64,000 nt of DNA from Bacteroidales bacterium (GCA_016342685.1 JAEINU010000001.1:1034920-1098919); one strand, 5' to 3'. Positions 1 through 9,784 are shown, counted from the stretch's first letter. The notes: generated from the sequence alone by a model not told the origin. Numbers and translations are program-made.

Positions 1-103
1 CAAAATCTGTTTCAATTTCCTGATTTAAAATACTGCAATAGAAATGTTTGGAAACCTCAATGTTTTTGACAAACAGCACAGATGAATGAAATTTAATACT
101 CAT
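1..103 (-). CDS. VOC/glyoxalase-family protein, N-terminal fragment (continues off the left edge)
   Basis: ATG at 103 on the minus strand. Hand translation MSIKFHSSVLFVKNIEVSKHFYCSILNQEIETDF resembles the first beta-alpha-beta unit of glyoxalase/bleomycin-resistance proteins. Only 34 codons are visible. Confidence 0.3.
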   Translation of the reverse strand, partial: MSIKFHSSVLFVKNIEVSKHFYCSILNQEIETDF

Positions 104-217
104 TTGTTTTTAATCTAAATATAGTGAAAAATAAAAAGTTGTCAATACTAATTAGAACTTAGCACGACAACTTTTATATATTATTTAAGCTCTACTTATG
201 CTATTTAAAAGCTTAAT

Positions 218-766
218 TTATTTGTTCAATTCTGTTTCAATAACTTGTTTTAGCTTGCTAAATTCTTCATCCTCGAAACCAGTAGCTTGGTAAATAATTT
301 TTCCATCACGATCTAAAACTACATTTCTCGGAATATATCTTTCAGCAAATAAAGAATATATTTTTCTTCCTGGATCAGGAACAACATTAAATGTGTATCC
401 TGTTTTTTCTTTAAAAGCAATTACTTCATCAGCAACATGTTCTCGACCAAATACAATAAGTTCAAAGTTTTCGTTGTTCTTATATTTAGCCCAAATGTCA
501 CTTTCAACAAATGGTAATTCCTTTATACAAATCGGGCACGAAGTAGCAAAGAAATTCATAAAAACAACTTTGCCTTTTAAATCATTTATTTTAATGGTAT
601 CATTCGTTAAAGTTATGTAATCGAATTCAGGAACTTGCTGACCAACTTCAATTAAGGTAGATTTAATTACATCTGCTTCTTCTTTAGCTTTTTCTCTTTT
701 CTCTTTTAGTCCACAAGAATTAAGGCCTATGGCAAAAATTGTAAGTATTAATAATGTTTTTTTCAT
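218..766 (-). CDS. TlpA-like thiol:disulfide oxidoreductase lipoprotein (thioredoxin fold, redoxin/AhpC-TSA family)
   Basis: Lipoprotein signal (GLNSC), CxxC active site in FFATSCPICIKELP, redoxin-like remainder. Confidence 0.85.
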   Translation of the reverse strand: MKKTLLILTIFAIGLNSCGLKEKREKAKEEADVIKSTLIEVGQQVPEFDYITLTNDTIKINDLKGKVVFMNFFATSCPICIKELPFVESDIWAKYKNNENFELIVFGREHVADEVIAFKEKTGYTFNVVPDPGRKIYSLFAERYIPRNVVLDRDGKIIYQATGFEDEEFSKLKQVIETELNK

Positions 767-996
767 GGTTTAGTTTGTTTTAATTTTCGTCGGCAATTTA
801 CATTATAAAATTTATTTAGTACATATTTTTTCTCTGTTTGTCAATAGATGAATATATTTGACTGATTATCTTAAAAAAAGCTTAAACCATTATGTAATAA
901 TTCAATCTTAGTAATAAGTCCAATCTAAAACTTTTAAAGTTGATGTGGCAATTGTTTTGTCAGATTTTTTTGCGACCTTAATTCAAAATTTTGTTC

Positions 997-1581
997 ATGA
1001 GTAAAGACACTTTTCAGAATCTAAAAATTTTCATAAAACAATTTGTCGATTTTAATAGTGATGAGTTAAATGTAATTCGGAATTCTATAGAAATTATTCA
1101 ACTTCCAAAAAATCAGGTTTTTATCGATGAAGGTCAAATTGCAGACAAAATTGCTTTTATAAATAAAGGTTACTTAAGAGTATTTTATAATTTCGATGGT
1201 AATGAAATAACTCGTGATATTACTCCATTATATTCGTTTGCCACTGCATTACCAAGTTTTGTTTCACAAACACCATCTTTCGAAATAATTAGTGCAATTA
1301 CTGATTGTGAGTTATTTGTAATAAGTAAAAACGATTTAGATGATTTGTATAATAGATTTCCTAAATGGGAAAGGTTGGGTAGGAGAATTACAGAAGAGAT
1401 GTTTGTTGATTCGCAAAAACGAATTTATTCATTTATTACTGAAACCGCCGAAACACGTTATAAACGTTTGCTTTGTCAATATCCCGATATGACAAAAGAG
1501 GTACCTTTAAGGTATATTGCAGATTTTTTAGGAATAAAGCTTCAATCATTAAGTCGTTTAAGAAAATCAATAAATTGGTAA
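997..1581 (+). CDS. Crp/Fnr-family transcriptional regulator
   Basis: cNMP-binding-like N-terminal domain (FIDEGQIADKIAFINKGYLRVFY) and C-terminal HTH (YIADFLGIKLQSLSRLRK). The ORF track opens at TTG 991; ATG 997 is preferred. Confidence 0.85.
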   Translation: MSKDTFQNLKIFIKQFVDFNSDELNVIRNSIEIIQLPKNQVFIDEGQIADKIAFINKGYLRVFYNFDGNEITRDITPLYSFATALPSFVSQTPSFEIISAITDCELFVISKNDLDDLYNRFPKWERLGRRITEEMFVDSQKRIYSFITETAETRYKRLLCQYPDMTKEVPLRYIADFLGIKLQSLSRLRKSINW

Positions 1582-1684
1582 AGGTTTATTTAGCTAATAT
1601 CTATTTATTTAACAAATGTTAAATGATTTGTGTGATTTTTTTCGGAAATTTGAAAGAGGTTCAATTTTTAATACACTTTAGTTT

Positions 1685-3316
1685 ATGAAACGTTTATTCA
1701 ATGAAAAATTTGACAATCATTTTGATTTAATTATTGTTGGTGGTGGAATTTCCGGAGTTTCAGTCGCTTACGAAGCGGCATCTCAAGGCTTAAAAGTAGC
1801 TATCTTCGAAAAGGGTGATTTTGGAGAAGCTACGTCGGCGGCAACATCAAAATTAATTCATGGTGGTCTGCGATATCTTAAAAATCTAGAGTTTGGATTA
1901 GTCCGTGAATCGCTTACAGAAAGAAGAGTGCTTGAAAACATTGCTCCAAATTTGGTGTACCCTTTACCATTTATGATTCCAACCTATAGTAATTTGAAGA
2001 ATAACAAGTTTAGTTTATTTATTGGAATGTTATTATATGATATTTTATCGTTAGATAAAGCTTGGACATGGGATAGAACAAAAAAATTACCTTTTCATAA
2101 AACTATTAATGCTCGACGAACATTAAATATGGAGCCGAGTGTAAACGAGTGCAAATTGAACGGATCAAGTATATATTACGATTGTCAGAATTTAAATCCT
2201 GAGAGATTAACTTTAAGTGTTTTGAAATCAGCTATTAACAATGGAGCAGTTTCGGCCAATTACGCAAAAGTTGAAGCATTTATAAAAGAAAATAATAAGG
2301 TAAAAGGTGTAAAAGTAAAGGATTTATTTAATAATAAAGAATACGAAATTACTGCTGATTTAACCATAAACTGCACTGGACCATGGACAGATATAGTCCT
2401 AAATTCGGCATTGGATAATAAAGAAACTTCGCATCACATTCGTAGATCTGAAGGAATTCATATTATAACTAAAAAGTTGAGTTTTAAACATGCTGTATTG
2501 ATGATGACAAAAGAAGGTCGTCATATAATGTTAATACCTTGGCGTAATTATTCAATTATTGGAACAACAGATAAAGAATATCTTGGAGATCCTGATAATT
2601 ATAAAGTTAAAAAAGAAAGTATTTTAGAATTGCTTGATGAGTTTAACGAAAATTATGGATTGGAAAAACTAACATATAAAGATGTTCAGTTTGCCTATGG
2701 TGGATTGCGTCCATTAGTTGATAATCAAGCTGAAGCCTCATACCAATCATCTAGAAAATATGAGATTTATGATAATGCAAAAGATGGTTTAGATGGTTTA
2801 ATTACTGTTGAAGGAGGTAAGTACACAACTAGCAGGAAGTTAGCAGCTCATGTAATGAAAAGGATTTCGAAAAAACTAAATAGAAAGCATCACAAGTCAG
2901 TTACAAATAAGAAATATTTAGTCGATTCTGATATCAAAAACATGGAAAGCTTTATTCGTCAGTTGGTTTTACGATATCCAATGTTTTCTGAAGCAACTAT
3001 TAATTATGTTGGAAGAAACTATGGTTTACAATGTCATACAATTTTTCGATTGGCAATGTATGATAAGCCTCTATCTTTGGTAGTTTCTCAGGATGGTGAA
3101 ATTTTAGCCGAGGTAGTTTATGTAATTAAAAAGGAAATGGCCTATACTTTATCAGATATTTTATTTCGAAGAACTGGTATCGGAACACTTGGTTATCCTG
3201 GCGATGATGTATTTAGCATTGTTGTGGAGACTGCCAAAAAATACTTGAAATGGGATAATGAAAGAACTCAGAGTGAGATTGAAGAGGTTATGAAAGTATT
3301 TAATTTACCAAAATAA
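1685..3316 (+). CDS. FAD-dependent glycerol-3-phosphate dehydrogenase-like enzyme (GlpD/GlpA family)
   Basis: N-terminus DLIIVGGGISGVSVAYEAASQGLKVAIFEKGDFGEATSAATSKLIHGGLRYL is the GlpD dinucleotide-binding signature. Length is 543 aa. Confidence 0.85.
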   Translation: MKRLFNEKFDNHFDLIIVGGGISGVSVAYEAASQGLKVAIFEKGDFGEATSAATSKLIHGGLRYLKNLEFGLVRESLTERRVLENIAPNLVYPLPFMIPTYSNLKNNKFSLFIGMLLYDILSLDKAWTWDRTKKLPFHKTINARRTLNMEPSVNECKLNGSSIYYDCQNLNPERLTLSVLKSAINNGAVSANYAKVEAFIKENNKVKGVKVKDLFNNKEYEITADLTINCTGPWTDIVLNSALDNKETSHHIRRSEGIHIITKKLSFKHAVLMMTKEGRHIMLIPWRNYSIIGTTDKEYLGDPDNYKVKKESILELLDEFNENYGLEKLTYKDVQFAYGGLRPLVDNQAEASYQSSRKYEIYDNAKDGLDGLITVEGGKYTTSRKLAAHVMKRISKKLNRKHHKSVTNKKYLVDSDIKNMESFIRQLVLRYPMFSEATINYVGRNYGLQCHTIFRLAMYDKPLSLVVSQDGEILAEVVYVIKKEMAYTLSDILFRRTGIGTLGYPGDDVFSIVVETAKKYLKWDNERTQSEIEEVMKVFNLPK

Positions 3317-3318
3317 TA

Positions 3319-4950
3319 ATGAGCACATATAGAGATATTTTTAAGTGGGGTGATAAACGAGAAACTCAAGTTGATAAGGGAACATTAAATGTAATTAAGG
3401 AAAAGTTTGGTTTAACAGATCAAGATTTTATATCTAAGCATTTGTTGGGAGATCAAGAGGTTAAGCTGAATGTGAAGTGCAATCTATCTCAAAGTATATT
3501 ATATGAGTTCATTGCGCTTGTAGGAAAAGAGAACCTTGAAACGGATGATTTTTCACGTGCAAACCATTCATATGGAAAGTATTATGCAGATTTATTGAAA
3601 CTTCGGAAGAGCCTTATACCAACACCACCAGATGCTGTTGTGTATCCACGAACTGAAAAGGAGATAAAGAAAATATTAGCGATTTGCACAGAAAATAATA
3701 TTGCAGTTACACCAATTGGAGGTCAATCTTCAGTTACCAGAGGAGTTGAAACACCAAAATGTGGGATTAGTTTAGATTTAACAAAACATTTCAATAAAGT
3801 TATTGAAGTAAGTGAAATAAATTCTACAGTAACGGTTCAATCGGGAATGTTAGGACCTGCATTTGAAGATTTTCTTAATAACTATGGAGAAAAATATACT
3901 TGTGGTCATTTCCCTCAATCTTTTGAATACTCAACTGTTGGGGGCTGGGTAGCTGCAAAAGGAGCAGGACAAGCTTCAACTGGATATGGAAAAATAGAAC
4001 ATATGGTTTTATCGCTTAAAGTGATAACTCCAAGTGGGATAATAGAAACTAAAACATATCCGGCAAGTGCACAAGGATGGGATTTATATCAAACCTTTAT
4101 TGGTTCAGAAGGTACTTTGGGTGTTATAACTGAAGTAACTATGAAGATTCATAAATTTCGACCAGATAATACTAAACACGCTTCGTTCATTTTTAAGAAT
4201 TTTGCATCTGCAGTAAAAGCAATGCGAACTGTTATGCAAAGTGGTGTTGGAGTGCCACATTTATTCCGTATTTCTGATCCTGAGGAATCTGAGATTGCGT
4301 TTAAAACTAAAGATTTTGAAGATACATTTGCCGATAAATTTCTAAGTGCTTTAGGATATAAATCAGGAGAAAGATGCTTGATGTTTGTAGCTGTTGAAGG
4401 AGATAAATCTCATACAAATCAGGTTATATATTCAATAAAACGAATCGCTAAAAAGTATAATGCATTTTCGCTAGGTTCAAAACCCACAAAAAAATGGTTA
4501 GAGCAAAGATATTCAAGTGCTTACCTTAGAGATCCGTTAATGGATTTAGGTATTATGACAGATACTCTTGAAACTGCTGTCATGTGGGATAATTTGATTC
4601 CTCTATGGAGAAATGTTAGGAAGTATCTAAAAAATAGAGATAAAACGGTTGTAATGGTTCATATATCACATGTATATGAGAATGGTGCAAATTTGTATTT
4701 CACATTTTTAAGTCCAATGAAAAAAGGTGATGAACTAAATGAATACAATGAATATCATAAAGGAATAATAGAAACAATTCTAGAAAATAAAGGTTCTTTA
4801 TCGCATCATCATGGAGTGGGGCGAACACTGGCTCCTTGGATGCAAGAACAATTGGGTGAGGAAAGTTTAAGTTTAATGCAGACAATTAAAAATCAATTAG
4901 ATCCAAAAGGAATTATGAATCCAGGTAATACTTTAGGACTGAAACCGTAG
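3319..4950 (+). CDS. FAD-linked (PCMH-type) oxidase, alkyl-dihydroxyacetone-phosphate-synthase-like
   Basis: FAD-binding domain (VVYPRTEKEIKKILAICTENNIAVTPIGGQSSVTRG) and C-terminal SLSHHHGVGRTLAPW (His-His-His loop). ATG lies 2 nt after the upstream stop. Confidence 0.75.
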   Translation: MSTYRDIFKWGDKRETQVDKGTLNVIKEKFGLTDQDFISKHLLGDQEVKLNVKCNLSQSILYEFIALVGKENLETDDFSRANHSYGKYYADLLKLRKSLIPTPPDAVVYPRTEKEIKKILAICTENNIAVTPIGGQSSVTRGVETPKCGISLDLTKHFNKVIEVSEINSTVTVQSGMLGPAFEDFLNNYGEKYTCGHFPQSFEYSTVGGWVAAKGAGQASTGYGKIEHMVLSLKVITPSGIIETKTYPASAQGWDLYQTFIGSEGTLGVITEVTMKIHKFRPDNTKHASFIFKNFASAVKAMRTVMQSGVGVPHLFRISDPEESEIAFKTKDFEDTFADKFLSALGYKSGERCLMFVAVEGDKSHTNQVIYSIKRIAKKYNAFSLGSKPTKKWLEQRYSSAYLRDPLMDLGIMTDTLETAVMWDNLIPLWRNVRKYLKNRDKTVVMVHISHVYENGANLYFTFLSPMKKGDELNEYNEYHKGIIETILENKGSLSHHHGVGRTLAPWMQEQLGEESLSLMQTIKNQLDPKGIMNPGNTLGLKP

Positions 4951-4953
4951 TTT

Positions 4954-6528
4954 ATGAAATCGAATGATATTAAATATGTATTTGTAATTGATGCAGGAAC
5001 CCAATCGATTCGAGCTGCTTTAATTGATTTGAAGGGCAATATTATTGATATTGAAAAAACACCAGTTTCTCCTTACTATTCAGACAAACCGGGATTTGCC
5101 GAACAAGATCCTGAATACTTGTGGGATAAGTTATGCGAAACTACAAAACGACTTATTTCCAACACTTCAATAAACTTAAAGCAGATACAAGGAGTATCAA
5201 TAACAACACAAAGAGGAACCGTAGTCAATCTCGATAAAGATGGAAAACCTTTGCGCCCTGCGATTATTTGGCTCGATCAGCGCAAAGCAAAACTTGAAAA
5301 GTGGCCCAAGGGATTTGTAAAAATAGGATTGCAGGTTATTAACATGTATGAGTCTTTGGCTCACGCAATTAAAGATGGAGAATCAAATTGGATTCGTCAG
5401 AACCAACCTAAAATATGGGAAAAAACATATAAATACGTTTTTTTATCTGCTTTTTTTAATCATCGATTGGTTGGAAAATTTGTTGATTCGTTGGGAAGTA
5501 CAGTAGGATATATGCCATTCGATTATAAGAAACAAAGATGGTCGAAGCCTAATGCAATTAACTCAAAACTGTTTCCAGTAGAAATGGAGAAGTTAGTTGA
5601 TTTAGTAAAACCTTCAGAACTATTAGGAAAAATCACTAAAAAGGCCACAGAGCAAACAGGAATTCCTGAAGGACTTCCTTTAATAGCTGCTGCAGCTGAT
5701 AAAGCTTGTGAAGTTTTAGGTTCTGGTTGTATTACTCCAGAAATTGCATGTTTAAGCTACGGTACAACTGCAACAGTTGAAACAGTTAACAATAAATATA
5801 TTGAAGTAGTTAAGTTTTTTCCTTCATATCCTAGCGCTATCCCTGATCATTTTAATACGGAAGTTATGATTTACCGTGGATATTGGATGATAAATTGGTT
5901 TAAGAAAGAATTTGGACATAAAGAAGTTGAATTAGCTAAAGAAACGGGAAAAACACCTGAAGAGCTTTTCGATGAAATGATAAAAGATATTCCTCCAGGT
6001 TCAATGGGATTAACTCTTCAGCCATACTGGTCTCCAGGGATTAAGAAGCCTGGTGTTGAAGCTAAAGGAGCAGTAATCGGTTTTGGTGATGTGCACACAA
6101 GAGCCCATTTGTATCGAGCAATTCTTGAAGGCTTAACGTATGCTTTAAAAGAAGGTACTTTGCAAACTCAAAAAAGAACTGGCATTAAAATTGAGAAACT
6201 TCGTGTTTCAGGAGGTGGATCTCAGAGTGATGATGTCCTTCAAATGACAGCCGATATTTTTGATATACCTGTCGAAAAACCTAATACCTACGAAACGTCA
6301 GCATTAGGAGCGGCAATAAATTGTGTAGTAGGCTTAAAATTATATCCTGATTTTAAAACTGCCATCGATAATATGTGTAGAATAGGAGAAACCTATATGC
6401 CAAATAGTAAGAATAGAGATATATACAGTAAAATTTATTTAAAGGTTTATAAAAAAATGTATAAACAACTTAAACCTATATATCAAGATATTCGTGATAT
6501 AACAAACTATCCACTAAAGGAGTTATAG
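4954..6528 (+). CDS. FGGY-family carbohydrate/polyol kinase
   Basis: N-terminal VIDAGTQSIRAALID and C-terminal RVSGGGSQSDDVLQMTADIF motifs of FGGY kinases. ATG lies 3 nt after the upstream stop. Confidence 0.85.
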   Translation: MKSNDIKYVFVIDAGTQSIRAALIDLKGNIIDIEKTPVSPYYSDKPGFAEQDPEYLWDKLCETTKRLISNTSINLKQIQGVSITTQRGTVVNLDKDGKPLRPAIIWLDQRKAKLEKWPKGFVKIGLQVINMYESLAHAIKDGESNWIRQNQPKIWEKTYKYVFLSAFFNHRLVGKFVDSLGSTVGYMPFDYKKQRWSKPNAINSKLFPVEMEKLVDLVKPSELLGKITKKATEQTGIPEGLPLIAAAADKACEVLGSGCITPEIACLSYGTTATVETVNNKYIEVVKFFPSYPSAIPDHFNTEVMIYRGYWMINWFKKEFGHKEVELAKETGKTPEELFDEMIKDIPPGSMGLTLQPYWSPGIKKPGVEAKGAVIGFGDVHTRAHLYRAILEGLTYALKEGTLQTQKRTGIKIEKLRVSGGGSQSDDVLQMTADIFDIPVEKPNTYETSALGAAINCVVGLKLYPDFKTAIDNMCRIGETYMPNSKNRDIYSKIYLKVYKKMYKQLKPIYQDIRDITNYPLKEL

Positions 6529-6804
6529 ATAGATTAAATCTTATTCTTTTTTTTTGTTTCTAAATTGCTATTTATTAAGCGTTATTATTTTTTTTTAAGT
6601 TTTTTGAGAATAAAAAAATAATTAACTTCGCTTAACGAATAGGGTTATAGTGAAACCTATTTGTTATTAACGAACCATAACCTAAAATACATTAATTCTT
6701 TGGAATGCAATACAATTAATCTAATTGTGTTGAATAAGATTTGTTGTGTTAATTTAAAACGTTAATACTGGTTAAGTATTTAATAATTAATTAATTATAT
6801 AATC

Positions 6805-7557
6805 ATGAAAAAAAGATTTAATAAAAAAAGATTTAAAAAAATTATTCGTGCTTCCTTAACAGTTAGTTTGGTTTTGTGTATAACGTTTTCGGGCTGGGCT
6901 CAAAGTACTGAGGCAAATAATGCCCTCAATATAGGCTTTGGTGCTAAAATTGGAACAACGATTAGTACATTTACTAATGAACAACCACATTCTAATAGTT
7001 TACAAGGATTAAAAGCTGGAGTATTTGCCAATTACAGTTTTAATGAAAATATGGCTGTTCAAATTGAAGCTGAATATTCACAAGAAGGTGGTCGATTATT
7101 GTATCATGATGTTCCTTACCTAGTGGGTCAAGATACTTGGTATAACTTGGATATTGAAAATCAAGAATTGGTATTACATAATGTAAATATACCTATCTTA
7201 TTTAAGTATACTTTGAGTTTAAAAAATTTCGATGTGGTAGGTCTTATAGGTCCAGATGTAGGGTATAATATTACTGCAATTGCGAATAAAGAAGGTACTG
7301 TTTTTACAGAAGTTGGGGGATTTAATACCTATAAAAGTAGTGAAGATGTTAGTAGTAATATTGAAAACTTTAATGTTGCTGCTACTGCTGGTTTGGGAAT
7401 TGAAATTCCAGCTGGAAAGTTTGACTTGTTAATTGATGTAAGATATAGATATGGCTTTACATCTGTATATAATTCGTATAGTTATATTGGTATTCCACAA
7501 ATTAATGGAGATTTAAGAAATCATACTATGAGTTTTACTCTTGGTGTAGGTTTTTAA
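6805..7557 (+). CDS. Outer-membrane beta-barrel protein (porin-family, OMP_b-brl_2-like)
   Basis: Signal peptide, alternating beta-strand pattern, C-terminal TLGVGF. Confidence 0.7.
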   Translation: MKKRFNKKRFKKIIRASLTVSLVLCITFSGWAQSTEANNALNIGFGAKIGTTISTFTNEQPHSNSLQGLKAGVFANYSFNENMAVQIEAEYSQEGGRLLYHDVPYLVGQDTWYNLDIENQELVLHNVNIPILFKYTLSLKNFDVVGLIGPDVGYNITAIANKEGTVFTEVGGFNTYKSSEDVSSNIENFNVAATAGLGIEIPAGKFDLLIDVRYRYGFTSVYNSYSYIGIPQINGDLRNHTMSFTLGVGF

Positions 7558-7608
7558 TTTGAATTAAGTAAAATAAAATAATTAATGTTTAACTAAAATC
7601 TATTTATT

Positions 7609-9342
7609 ATGAAAAATTTATTAAAATTCCTATCTGTTTTTTTAATGTTAGGAATAATTACAGTGTCATGTTCGGATGAATTTACTGAAGAAGATGCACT
7701 GGAAGCGCTTCAAAAAATTGATCTTCAAGTTGCTGTGCATGATGCAAGTAATGGAGATTTAGCAATTGAGGGAGCAGAAGTGAAAGCAGTTATTAATGAT
7801 CAAGTTGTAACAGTAACATCGAATTCTAATGGAGTTGCAATTTTTAAAGATATTAAGATTGGTGGAAATGTGAATGTTACAGTTACTATGGCAGACTATA
7901 CATCAGCGTATACAAATATTAATACAACACCTGATGATTATAGACAAACTGTTGTAAGTGGTAATGTTTATTTATATGCAACAGCGGGTGATAATATTGC
8001 AACTATAACAGGTCAACTTACTATTGAAACTGATTTAACAAATAGACAAAGAGAATTTGTTGAAGGAGTTGAAGTTATTGCATATAATAGTTCTTTGAGT
8101 TATACAACAACCTATTTTTCAGGAATAACTGATGCTAATGGTAATTATAGTATTCCAGTTGCAATTGATGGAAACGGAGGAAATGAAGTTTATGTTTATT
8201 TCCCTACTTTAGAGAAAGACAGAACCGTTGGAAAAGCAACCAATAATATGTATACTATTGAAACTAAAGCTGCAACTTATTCTGCAAGTAACTACGGAGA
8301 AACTTCAATTGTAAAGGTTCCGAGCACATTTATTAGTATTGCTGCTCCACCAGCTTCAGGAACAGGATTTCAGTTAGGTCTTAAGGCAGTAAGAAATATG
8401 CTTTCAAGTGCAGTAGATAATGAGTTTACAAATGAAGTTGTTATTACTGGAGGATCAGGTTATGATGGAACGCAAAATTTCATTTTTGAGGCTGATCCTA
8501 ATGGAATTCAAGCAGAACTTAATGTTACAGTTAATGCAGATGGTGTTATTTCATCAATCAATTTTGTTGATAACGGCGCAAGATATGCTTCAATGCCTGC
8601 AATTGTTATGAGTCCTGCAACTGGTTCAGGTGCAGCATTTGATTTTCGATTTAGATATGTGTATAAATTATTTGTGGATAACTCAGGATCAGGATATAAT
8701 AGTTTTCCTAAGGTAGGTGTTGAGTATACATCAACTCTTGACAATACGTCAAAACTAAGAAAAGAGTTTGCTCCAGATATGGATGCATCTAATCCTCTAG
8801 GTGGTGGAGATTTATTTAATAATGCATTTATTAGTTCTGGTAAGATTTTAGTTGAAGATGATACACAGGGAGATACATTATTTACAACTGGATATATTTA
8901 CTCATTACCTGTTTTTACATATTCTGACGAAGATAGATTAAATGCAGAATGGTATGCAAGTTTAACAGCTGTTAGTTTAACAGATGGTGGTTCTTTAAGT
9001 GATAACTTCTCTAGTATTACACAGGGTGATGGATATGATTTTTCCAATCCTCCTGTAGTTACTGTAACTGCATTAGCTGGATATGGTTCAGGTGCTGTTG
9101 TTAAGTCTGAAGTTAATGTTAATGGACAAGTTACTGATCTTATTGTTATGGCAAAAGGCTCGGGTTATACTCAAGATATTAACGATTATGACGGTGATGG
9201 TGTTTATAATGAAGAAGAAGATGCTGATTTAATTGGTTTCTCTACATGGAGCACTGGTTACGGAAGACATGATAATGTTAAACCAGGAATGACGTATAAC
9301 GGAGATGTTTACTACGGTACAGGAATGGAGAAAAAGTACTAA
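7609..9342 (+). CDS. Surface lipoprotein with CarboxypepD-reg/Ig-like N-terminal domains and repeated GSGY-containing units
   Basis: Lipobox ITVSC. NGVAIFKDIKIGGNVNVTV-type beta-sandwich segments. Motifs GGSGYDG, NSGSGYNS, GYGSGAV, KGSGYTQ. Function unknown. Confidence 0.6.
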   Translation: MKNLLKFLSVFLMLGIITVSCSDEFTEEDALEALQKIDLQVAVHDASNGDLAIEGAEVKAVINDQVVTVTSNSNGVAIFKDIKIGGNVNVTVTMADYTSAYTNINTTPDDYRQTVVSGNVYLYATAGDNIATITGQLTIETDLTNRQREFVEGVEVIAYNSSLSYTTTYFSGITDANGNYSIPVAIDGNGGNEVYVYFPTLEKDRTVGKATNNMYTIETKAATYSASNYGETSIVKVPSTFISIAAPPASGTGFQLGLKAVRNMLSSAVDNEFTNEVVITGGSGYDGTQNFIFEADPNGIQAELNVTVNADGVISSINFVDNGARYASMPAIVMSPATGSGAAFDFRFRYVYKLFVDNSGSGYNSFPKVGVEYTSTLDNTSKLRKEFAPDMDASNPLGGGDLFNNAFISSGKILVEDDTQGDTLFTTGYIYSLPVFTYSDEDRLNAEWYASLTAVSLTDGGSLSDNFSSITQGDGYDFSNPPVVTVTALAGYGSGAVVKSEVNVNGQVTDLIVMAKGSGYTQDINDYDGDGVYNEEEDADLIGFSTWSTGYGRHDNVKPGMTYNGDVYYGTGMEKKY

Positions 9343-9362
9343 AAAGAAACTAAGGATATAAG

Positions 9363-9396
9363 AAAAGGAGATCACATTAAGTGATCTCCTTTTTTT
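9363..9396. terminator. Bidirectional intrinsic terminator between convergent genes
   Basis: AAAAGGAGATCAC-attaa-GTGATCTCCTTTTTT, a perfect 9-bp GC-containing stem flanked by A and T runs. Confidence 0.8.
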
Positions 9397-9406
9397 ATGA
9401 TAAAAA

Positions 9407-9784
9407 TTATTTCTTTTCAATTATATCTCTTCCAAAAGGAGTAAGGGCGAGAGATGCTAACTTAAAATGTTGATTACCAAAAGGAATACCTATTATAGTT
9501 ATGTAAAGAATAACACCGAAAACTAAATGCGAAAGTGCGATCCATATCCCTCCAATAAAAATCCAAATAATATTAAATATAAGGTACAAACATCCACTAG
9601 AGCGTTGACTTTGAACCGTAGTTTTACCAAAAGGCCAAAGAGCTAAAGCTCCAAGCTTAAGTGTTTGAATACCAAATGGTATACCAATAATTGTAACCAT
9701 TAATATAATACTACTTATAAAGTATTCCACAGCCGTGATAATACCACCAAATAGCAACCATAGTATATTTCCAAGGATTCTCAT
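9407..9784 (-). CDS. yccF: YccF-family inner-membrane protein
   Basis: Two YccF repeats (NILWLLFGGI...IIGIPFGIQTLKLGALALWPFGK and IIGIPFGNQHFKLASLALTPFGR). Confidence 0.8.
   Translation of the reverse strand: MRILGNILWLLFGGIITAVEYFISSIILMVTIIGIPFGIQTLKLGALALWPFGKTTVQSQRSSGCLYLIFNIIWIFIGGIWIALSHLVFGVILYITIIGIPFGNQHFKLASLALTPFGRDIIEKK

Noticed and set aside
393-620. 75-aa plus-strand ORF inside the TlpA-like gene. Analogous internal or antisense ORFs occur at 4700..4885, 8420..8611, 8508..8744, 16295..16489, 21903..22187, 23587..23802, 24941..25141, 25411..25707, 27502..27756, 35879..36088, 36371..36622, 36733..36921, 39151..39348, 39421..39675, 42431..42724, 47748..48038, 50100..50315, 57379..57687, 59768..60079, 60976..61260 and 61830..62012
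   Set aside because: Each is nested within a longer ORF that has recognisable family motifs. None has a recognisable motif, signal or promoter of its own.
838-862. Inverted repeat GTCAA-N13-TTGAC between the TlpA-like and Crp/Fnr genes as an FNR/CRP box
   Set aside because: The spacing does not fit TTGAT-N4-ATCAA or TGTGA-N6-TCACA, and 5-bp arms in AT-rich DNA are easily explained by chance.
1685-6528. Reading the three-gene operon as an ordinary glpD/glpK glycerol utilisation operon
   Set aside because: There is no GlpF facilitator, the kinase lacks the canonical GlpK N-terminus, and an AGPS-like flavoenzyme sits between the two genes. It is therefore kept as an open question under findings.
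9229-9420. 63-aa minus-strand ORF spanning the 3' end of the lipoprotein gene and the terminator
   Set aside because: It runs through a strong bidirectional terminator hairpin and overlaps two supported genes.
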